Part shown: positions 46,897-53,659 of the stretch, piece by piece | How the letters are laid out: each line of letters begins with the position of its first letter | How positions within the stretch are numbered: the stretch's first letter is position 1 | NCBI GenBank assembly: GCA_041736175.1 | Contig: JBGSUI010000254.1 | Span: 1 to 53,659 of the forward strand | Length of the DNA: 53,659 nt | Direction: 5' to 3' | Source of the DNA: Oligoflexales bacterium | GTDB taxonomy: Bacteria > Bdellovibrionota_B > Oligoflexia > Oligoflexales > CAIYRB01 | Translations under genes and position numbers: made by a program | Notes under the pieces: generated by a model | Seen by the model: only the letters and a program-made list of their open reading frames with translations | The model's database searches: none | What the model was told of the DNA's origin: nothing

Positions 46897-47904
46897 TTAT
46901 TTATGGGCAAGTTTTACAAGTAACTTGCCGGAATGGCTCCCCTCAAACAGTTTCTGCAGAGCCTTGGGAGCGTTTTCAAAACCCTCCACGATATCTACTT
47001 TGGTTTTGAGTCTGCCTTCACCCATCCATTGGGCAAGGTCCTTAGACGCCTCCATGGCCCTGGGCAAATAATCCAAGACGATGAAGCCCTCCATCCGGCC
47101 TCTTTTCATAAGCAAATTAAGATAATTTTTCGGGGCATAAACTTCTTTTTGATTGTATTGAGAAATCGCTCCACAAAGCACAATCCGGCCACGCATCGCT
47201 AAATTTGCCAAGGCAGCGTCGAGCATCTCTCCGCCCACATTGTCAAAATAAACATCGATCCCGTGTGGGATAAGGTTTTTGATCGCCTTGGAGTAGTCTT
47301 TGGTTGCGTTGTAGTTAAGTCCACCGTCAAATCCCAACTCATTTTTAATCCACTGGAGTTTCTCGTCAGAGCCTACAGTCCCATAAACTTTACATCCCTT
47401 GATTTTTGCAATCTGCCCCACCAAGGAACCAGTCGCTCCAGCTGCAGCAGAAACGAGGACTGTATCTCCAGCTTTAAGCTGCCCCACTTCCAATAGCCCA
47501 AAATAAGCCGTGAGACCAATATGCCCAAAGACCGACAGAGCTGCCTCTAACCCAACTTCCTTGGGAATCCGACTCATCTCACCTTTGCTGACTACCGAGT
47601 ATTCGGACCACCCCCCCATTCCCACAACAAGGTCGCCTTCCCTAAGCTCCGGGTTTAGAGACTCTAGGACGCGTCCCCCCGTCAGCCCACGCATCACCGA
47701 CCCTAGGGGAAGCGGAGGCAGATAAGAGGGTTTTTCTTCCATCCAAATGCGGTTGGTAGGATCGATAGATAGAAAGAGATTTTGAACCAGCACCTCTCCC
47801 TCTTTTAACTCTGGGATCGGGATTTTTCGCAGCTGTAGCACATCCTGATCGACGATAGGATCGGGCCGCTTATTTAAAATAAAAGCCTGTTGAGTCGTGG
47901 TCAT
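46897..47904 (-). CDS. NADP-dependent oxidoreductase (prostaglandin reductase/CurA-like)
   Basis: LSIDP, GLTAYFGL, VSAAAGATGS, YFDNVGG, CGAISQYN. Confidence 0.93.
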   Translation of the reverse strand: MTTTQQAFILNKRPDPIVDQDVLQLRKIPIPELKEGEVLVQNLFLSIDPTNRIWMEEKPSYLPPLPLGSVMRGLTGGRVLESLNPELREGDLVVGMGGWSEYSVVSKGEMSRIPKEVGLEAALSVFGHIGLTAYFGLLEVGQLKAGDTVLVSAAAGATGSLVGQIAKIKGCKVYGTVGSDEKLQWIKNELGFDGGLNYNATKDYSKAIKNLIPHGIDVYFDNVGGEMLDAALANLAMRGRIVLCGAISQYNQKEVYAPKNYLNLLMKRGRMEGFIVLDYLPRAMEASKDLAQWMGEGRLKTKVDIVEGFENAPKALQKLFEGSHSGKLLVKLAHK

Positions 47905-47918
47905 GTCCCCTCCTTTAA

Positions 47919-49337
47919 CTAGCTCAGTATTTGCACCGAAAACAAATTGCTGGACTCGCGCCCCACCGAAGACAAGGTAATGCTGACAAAGACAATAGGA
48001 TCACCTGCCTTAAGCCAGCTATGGCGGACAAGATGTTCGTTAACCGTCGGCAAGACGTCGTCAAGCTGTGGGTTCACATCGAGTTTTAGGGATTGCACAC
48101 CCCTAACAATCGCCAGGCGTCGGCGCACCGCTTCAGAAAAAGTCACCGCGATGATCGGCACAGGTGCCCGAAAACTAGCCAACTTGAGCGCCGTATTGCC
48201 CTGTTGGGTGATCGTCACAATGGCTTTAGCTTTGACTCTTTCGGCCGTGCGGTAAGCATGGTAGGCCACCGCATCCATCTCGCTTTCGACCTTTGGATCT
48301 TGCTTGATCCAATTTGAAACCACAGGTCCATAAGATTCGATATCGCGGATCACGCGGTGCATGACTTCCACAGCTTCGGCACTGTATTTACCGTTTGTCA
48401 CTTCTTCCGATAGGACGACCGCATCGGTTCCGTCGAGCACAGCATTGGCCACATCCAGGGCTTCTGCTCTGGTGGGTGAGAAGTTACGCCGCATCGATGC
48501 GAGCATCTCGCTGGCTGTAAGGACGATTTTGGCGTAGTCGTTACATTGCTGGATGATCTGCTTGGTCAGCATGGGGACCGTACTCGGATTGACGGTTAAG
48601 GCCAACTCCCGCCGTGAAATCATCACCCCATCGACCACTGGTAAAAGCTTAGGGAGCCGCTCGATCACTTGATCAGAATCCACTTTTGCAAGGATCCAGG
48701 GGGCCTCTCCGCCCATAGACCGGGTGAGTTCTTCCCGTAAGGTCACGATGCGATCCGAGGACCATTGGCCGTGAACCAGCACATAATCTACCCCGTGTTG
48801 GAGGAGTGGTTTAAGAGTCTCTGCGGTAAAATTATTGGATTCCATATCCTGCCAGGTGTCAGGGACAGCAAGTTCCATCTCGGGAAAGATGGTTCCACCT
48901 TGGAGGACCTCAAACTCTGCAAGATCACCTTGAACTTTAAGCGTCTTAAGCACAACATTACCCGCGCCTACAAAAACCTTGCTAGAGGCTTTCAGGATCC
49001 GAGGCCACTTATCGGTGACTATCTTAAGCTGGCTCTGTCCGCCGATTCCCATCTCAATCTTTTCGCCGAAACTCACTTCTACTGGCTTTTCTAAGGGTCC
49101 TATCGATCCTTGATTCCAGTTTGAGATGTCGAGCATCACCGGCAAAGGATGGATCACTCGACGCTGCTGGCTTATTTTTTCCAAAAAGCTTTGGACCGCT
49201 TGTGCACTTTTCGGCGAATAGACAACCCTGAGGACATCGACTTCCTCATTGGCGACTTTTTCGGCTTCGGTGGCGTTGAGGCCACGTCCTTCGAAAGACT
49301 TGATCACTTTAGTGCGTCGGGTATTTTGCTCAATCAT
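47919..49337 (-). CDS. Pyruvate kinase-like protein with altered active-site motifs
   Basis: RRTKV, PTRAEALDVANAVLDGTDAV, GKY, G.TA retained; metal/PEP motifs substituted. Confidence 0.8.
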   Translation of the reverse strand: MIEQNTRRTKVIKSFEGRGLNATEAEKVANEEVDVLRVVYSPKSAQAVQSFLEKISQQRRVIHPLPVMLDISNWNQGSIGPLEKPVEVSFGEKIEMGIGGQSQLKIVTDKWPRILKASSKVFVGAGNVVLKTLKVQGDLAEFEVLQGGTIFPEMELAVPDTWQDMESNNFTAETLKPLLQHGVDYVLVHGQWSSDRIVTLREELTRSMGGEAPWILAKVDSDQVIERLPKLLPVVDGVMISRRELALTVNPSTVPMLTKQIIQQCNDYAKIVLTASEMLASMRRNFSPTRAEALDVANAVLDGTDAVVLSEEVTNGKYSAEAVEVMHRVIRDIESYGPVVSNWIKQDPKVESEMDAVAYHAYRTAERVKAKAIVTITQQGNTALKLASFRAPVPIIAVTFSEAVRRRLAIVRGVQSLKLDVNPQLDDVLPTVNEHLVRHSWLKAGDPIVFVSITLSSVGRESSNLFSVQILS

Positions 49338-50280
49338 TCATTCCTCGAACCAAGCTTTGGCCCATCTGGACCATGGTTTTATCTGTCATTGCCAACAAAC
49401 TCGCTTCTCCACCTCTTGCCCTGACGGCGTCTTGATCGAGGACGAGGATAACCGTAGACCCTAGCATGAAAGTGCCAAGTTCATCACCTACATTGATGAC
49501 TTTTTCGAGGGACTCCCAGCGGGCGCGGGGCGAACCACTGCCCAGATCACTGTTCGTTGTCAAAAAAGGCGCCCAAGGGCTCGTCATTCTCCCAACGTTA
49601 AAGGCCCCCACCATCACCACCCAAAGCATACCTCCCTCCTGGGTCTCGATCCTAAACACCACGCGTTCGTTTCTTGTAAAAATCCTTGGAATTCTAGCCA
49701 CAAAAGGCTCATTGACCGGCCATAAGTCACCGGGGATATGCCCCACTTCCCGCATCACTCCGCTACAGGGAGCATGGACTCTATGATAGTTGTGGGGAGC
49801 TAAGTAAATGGTGAAGTACCAGGAGGCCTTACTAATCCCCCCGCCCTGGCCTAAAAGCTCCTCGAACCCAAAGACAAGCCCCTTAGCCTGTACCCCTTGG
49901 CCCTCTCGAAGGGGTTCTGAGCGGACTAGAAAACCGTCCGCTGGACTGACAAACCCACCCTGTATCTGCCGGGATCCAGGTTTAAGAGCTCTTGTAAAAA
50001 TGTCTTCGATCGATTGAAACCCCGTCTCTTGGGCTTCGTCCATATTGATTTTGAAAAGGTCGACAAAGCCTTGTAGGACAAAACCTCGTAGGGGCCGAGG
50101 CCACCGGACCCTTGCTAAGACCCCGGTGAGCCAACTGATGAAATTTTGGGGCACCAGGTAAAATAGCAAGGCAGCGGCGTCAAGAAGCCGTTGTCGGGGG
50201 TCTTTTGGTGAGCATTTTGGCTGGTTAGGATCTTTGGCTTGATGGGACTGCTCATATTTGGAAACATCCGCTTGCGGCAT
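49330..50280 (-). CDS. psd: Phosphatidylserine decarboxylase proenzyme
   Basis: SPADG, YLAPHNYHRVHAP, RNERV, VGAFNVG, FMLGSTV. Confidence 0.93.
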   Translation of the reverse strand: MPQADVSKYEQSHQAKDPNQPKCSPKDPRQRLLDAAALLFYLVPQNFISWLTGVLARVRWPRPLRGFVLQGFVDLFKINMDEAQETGFQSIEDIFTRALKPGSRQIQGGFVSPADGFLVRSEPLREGQGVQAKGLVFGFEELLGQGGGISKASWYFTIYLAPHNYHRVHAPCSGVMREVGHIPGDLWPVNEPFVARIPRIFTRNERVVFRIETQEGGMLWVVMVGAFNVGRMTSPWAPFLTTNSDLGSGSPRARWESLEKVINVGDELGTFMLGSTVILVLDQDAVRARGGEASLLAMTDKTMVQMGQSLVRGMND

Positions 50281-50445
50281 CTCTTATCACCTCTCCTTTA
50301 AACAATTCATAAAAACAAATTAACTTTCTTTTATATTTTTTTGTGGTAAAAAAAAATTCAGTGACTTAAAAGTTCATAAAAAGCTCTGAACTGTCACTTT
50401 AAAGCCACAGATGCTCCCATCCCCCAGCCCCCCATAAAACTAATC

Positions 50446-50464
50446 TTTGTTAAGATTTTGTTAA
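50446..50464 (-). promoter_or_regulatory. OmpR/PhoB-type direct repeat candidate
   Basis: Minus strand TTAACAAA-ATC-TTAACAAA, 11-bp period. Confidence 0.35.
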
Positions 50465-50573
50465 AATAATCAATAATATTAGTTAATTTCCTGCTTTTAA
50501 AACATTCTTGCAAACATGGGCACACAAATTGTACTACAATCAGGAGGTGCCCCACAGGGACAAGGAGTAAAAA

Positions 50574-50792
50574 ATGAAATCTACCCAACTTAAGAGTCCT
50601 CATACATCTGTCAACTCGTCTTCGATTCCAGCCTTTAACAAGGTTTTGGTATCCGATCAAAGTGCCCGAACAATGGCGTCCAATATTTTTCAGCAACTTA
50701 AAGATCAAGGCTATCGGGCCCGCGACATCATCACTGTCTCCTCCCAACTCATCGATCTTATTACAGAGCAAATAGGTAAAGAGAGCCGCTAA
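50574..50792 (+). CDS. Small helical hypothetical protein
   Basis: AAGGAG RBS; MASNIFQQLKDQGYRARDIITVSSQLIDLIT amphipathic helices. Confidence 0.75.
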   Translation: MKSTQLKSPHTSVNSSSIPAFNKVLVSDQSARTMASNIFQQLKDQGYRARDIITVSSQLIDLITEQIGKESR

Positions 50793-50863
50793 GAGGCCTG
50801 TCTCCAAGACTCTTGGCCCCCAAAGTTTTTTGGGTATCGCTGATCTGTGGTACACTTTTCTGT

Positions 50864-51565
50864 ATGAAAGCAAAATCCACAAAAGGCCAAGCAACCCGAC
50901 AGCGCATTTTAAGCGCAGCCTCAAAGCTTATCCTCAAAAAAGGAGTCAATGGCACCAGCATTGACGATGTCTTGGAAGCCTCTAAGACTGGCAAAAGTCA
51001 GTTTTACCATTATTTCGAATGTAAAGAGGCCCTCGTTCTCGAATTGATCGACAACTACGGGCGGGTTATCTTGGGAGCCACGGCTCTTAAGGGACACGAT
51101 GACCTTTCTGACCTAGATCAAGCCCCGAAAGATACAGGTCCCGCCGTCATCAAAAGTCTGGATGCCCTGTTTCAATGGTTTGAGGATATCTTGGAATCTT
51201 TTGAAAACGGTTCCTTTACAGATGGATGTCCGATCGGCAATCTGGCCTGCGAAATGGCATCGCAAAACGAAGAGATTCGCCACGTTCTCCATGAAACCCT
51301 GAAAAAATGGGAAATCTGGCTCCAAAAAAATCTTGAGCAGCTCAAAGAATTAGGACAGCTGCCACAGGATATCGACCCCGTCGAGACCTCGACCTTTATC
51401 TTAGCCAGCATTGAAGGGGCCTTGATCCTCGCAAAAACCGAGCGCCATGGTAACCCTCTGCGCCAAACGATCCATGGACTTAAGCGCTACCTCCAGTTTC
51501 TGCAAGGCCAATCCCCTAAAGTCCGACGATCCCCGCGTCCTATGACGTTAAGTTTTGCCCCTTAA
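50864..51565 (+). CDS. TetR-family regulator (LmrA/YxaF-like)
   Basis: TRQRIL, GTSIDDVL..KSQFYHYF..KEAL, GCPIGNL; start moved to ATG 50864. Confidence 0.92.
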   Translation: MKAKSTKGQATRQRILSAASKLILKKGVNGTSIDDVLEASKTGKSQFYHYFECKEALVLELIDNYGRVILGATALKGHDDLSDLDQAPKDTGPAVIKSLDALFQWFEDILESFENGSFTDGCPIGNLACEMASQNEEIRHVLHETLKKWEIWLQKNLEQLKELGQLPQDIDPVETSTFILASIEGALILAKTERHGNPLRQTIHGLKRYLQFLQGQSPKVRRSPRPMTLSFAP

Positions 51566-52941
51566 TGGGTGTCGCCGATGACACTCATGGATCGCCATTT
51601 ACCCTTAAAAAATCGCCACGTGAAAAGACTCGCCTGAGTCCCACTATAAAGCAGTGCTGTAAACCAGGCCCAGTATAGGGCACTCGGTAAATCTTTAAGG
51701 AACCAGGTAGGTAGCACCATCACTGGCCAGGGAATGATCAGTGCAGCCAGGCTGACAAAGCGAGTATCACCGGCACCCTTGAGGGCAAAAGAAAAGCAAA
51801 GGTTTAAGGCATCAAAGAGCGTAAAGCAGGCTACAAAAACCAAGAGCCACCGGGCCATCGTACTGACTTGAGACCACAGGTCTGCATTTTCAGAGTTTTT
51901 AAACCAACTAAGATAAAAGCTTGGAAAAGCGATAAAAGTAAAACTCATAATAACCATATACAACAGACTAACCTGCACTCCAGCAATGGTGGAGGTCACG
52001 GCCTTATCGGGGCTTCTTTCGCCTAGGTGTTGCCCCATAAGCACCGAGATCGCTTGGGCCATGCCTAAGGCTGGTAAGATGGAAAGCATCATAACGGTAA
52101 CTGCAATACTACTCGCAGCCAACGCAGCATCGCCCTGGGGCATGCGTCCTACGATAATCAAAAAAACCGTAAAAGCCAAACCTTCTAGTGCCCACTGAGC
52201 CCCACTGGGTAATCCGTACTTTAGAAATCGCAGCATAAGACTGAGATCGAATCTCCAACCAGACCACAATCCATATTTAAAAGCATCTCGATCATAAGCC
52301 ATAAAAGCTAAACCGACCACCCCTGAGCCAAGACTCGCGAGGGCCGTGGCGTATCCTGCACCTAAAACTCCTAACGCTGGAAACCCAAAGTTTCCAAAAA
52401 TCATCCCATAATCTAAGACAACATTTAGTACGAGACCGACCGCATTGATAACCAAGATTACTTGGGTTCGGCCGATTCCAGTAAAATAGCCGCTGGCCAT
52501 GGCAGTCACTGCGACGGGTAGGGCAGAATAAATTAAACCAATAAAGTAGTCCTTTTCCAGTTGGCGCACGACTTCCGAATGACCAAGCATATCGAAAAAA
52601 GGATCGGCAAGGGGAATCAGCCCCAACATTAACACTCCGCCTACCAGGCTAATATAAAGTGCCTGCCAACATGCTTTTCCAATCATGGGGAATCGCTGTG
52701 CCCCAAAATACTGGGCGACAAAGGTAGTCACATAGGCTGCAGTTTGCTGGAGGAGAGCCATAGGAGTCCAAAAGACCCCCATGACAGCCATAGCTGCCCC
52801 CAAAGCTTCCGTCGAATAGTGACCGAGAAAAATCCGGTCTATGGTGACCTGTAGATTCCAAAAGCTATTGGCGATGATAAGCGGCCAGGCAAGCCGTAAA
52901 ATCTCACTCCATTCGGATTTTTTCGCAGAAAAAGATTTCAC
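51562..52941 (-). CDS. MATE family efflux transporter
   Basis: LAWPLII, IDRIFLGH, AQYFGA, FGFPALGVLGAGYAT, LKGAGDT. Confidence 0.95.
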   Translation of the reverse strand: MKSFSAKKSEWSEILRLAWPLIIANSFWNLQVTIDRIFLGHYSTEALGAAMAVMGVFWTPMALLQQTAAYVTTFVAQYFGAQRFPMIGKACWQALYISLVGGVLMLGLIPLADPFFDMLGHSEVVRQLEKDYFIGLIYSALPVAVTAMASGYFTGIGRTQVILVINAVGLVLNVVLDYGMIFGNFGFPALGVLGAGYATALASLGSGVVGLAFMAYDRDAFKYGLWSGWRFDLSLMLRFLKYGLPSGAQWALEGLAFTVFLIIVGRMPQGDAALAASSIAVTVMMLSILPALGMAQAISVLMGQHLGERSPDKAVTSTIAGVQVSLLYMVIMSFTFIAFPSFYLSWFKNSENADLWSQVSTMARWLLVFVACFTLFDALNLCFSFALKGAGDTRFVSLAALIIPWPVMVLPTWFLKDLPSALYWAWFTALLYSGTQASLFTWRFFKGKWRSMSVIGDTH

Positions 52942-53194
52942 GTACTCTCCGCGTTAACCAACTAATTATGATTTAAAATAAGGATTTTACACTTGCATTT
53001 GCGCATTTAATTATTCCACAGATTGAGGTTCGATGCAATGAGTCAGCCTGTCCATAAAATGACGCCAGTTCTAATCTTTTAACATCTAGATCTAAGAATT
53101 CCGCAGCCTTTTAAAGGTCCATACTTGGTATACTTCCTGCATAATCATATTCATGTTTCTAAATTAAAAATAGATCTTATGAGTGAGGCTTGTG

Positions 53195-53539
53195 ATGGTT
53201 TTCGTAAATATCTGGATCTTCGGAGTACTTTTGGCAAGTCTTGGATGTGTAAGGACTCAACCCAATTCGGTAGCCGCCCCACTGCAATCAGAAAAGACTC
53301 TTTTTCCATCCGGGCCCCTTCCTAGAATCATTTTGAAATGCGACCAATTTACCATCAATCCTATCATTGGTGAAGGAGGTCGAGTTGTACGCTATAGAAT
53401 CGACCAGCAAGAACAAGATTCGCAATCAAGAGGTATAAAAAGGTTTGTTGAGGATATAGATTTTCGCAAAATCACCCATGACCTTGGTCAAGGTAAATAC
53501 GCGCATAGTTTTTCTTTTAAGCAGGAGTTTCCACTTTAA
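53195..53539 (+). CDS. Hypothetical small lipoprotein
   Basis: GAGG upstream of ATG 53195; VLLASLGC lipobox-like. Confidence 0.5.
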   Translation: MVFVNIWIFGVLLASLGCVRTQPNSVAAPLQSEKTLFPSGPLPRIILKCDQFTINPIIGEGGRVVRYRIDQQEQDSQSRGIKRFVEDIDFRKITHDLGQGKYAHSFSFKQEFPL

Positions 53540-53659
53540 AATTATTTAAACCAATGATATCTTTTGATAAAATCCACTACAAATCCTCCGCTAGCATAAA
53601 ATAAGGGTCTTTTTAAGGGCAGAATACCTATCGATTTTTATTGTATTATTTGCCAATTA

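Noticed and set aside
1..53659. CRISPR array, tRNA/rRNA genes, prophage or intact transposase
   Set aside because: No spaced repeats, cloverleaf/rRNA signatures or phage/integrase ORFs seen; intergenic gaps are short

Overview
Gene-dense, mostly core-genome bacterial chromosome segment from a diderm. Gene content (rny-ymdB, pal, glnS, orphan Cys-rich secreted/lipoproteins, an HExxH protease type common in Bdellovibrio-like organisms) suggests Bdellovibrionota/Oligoflexia or a related delta-proteobacterial lineage (inference). Recognisable genes: URC1-like/URC4/upp uracil operon, queA, TPR-Slt, lspA, HAD phosphatase, ddl, glnS, PLD, LtaS-like, cheY/CheZ-like/SpoIIE/moxR/DUF58/tgpA block, ldcA-mpl-pal, rny-ymdB, dapA, fatty-acid desaturase, yqeY, NADP oxidoreductase, psd, TetR, MATE. 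No rRNA, tRNA or CRISPR array seen. Main unusual items: (1) a 1.4-kb integrase-less islet bounded by a 106-bp direct repeat of the URC4 3' end, carrying an IS91-like transposase tail, an orphan HicB and Phd-VapC behind a sigma28-like promoter; (2) two intact but catalytically eroded enzymes, an ArgH-like protein fused in frame to an LptM-like lipoprotein and a pyruvate-kinase-like protein; (3) a tight six-gene operon joining CheY and a DxxxQ CheZ-like protein to a PP2C sensor and MoxR-DUF58-transglutaminase; (4) orphan lipoprotein genes preceded by sigma28- or sigma54-like promoters. All family calls are from motif recognition by eye; no searches were run.
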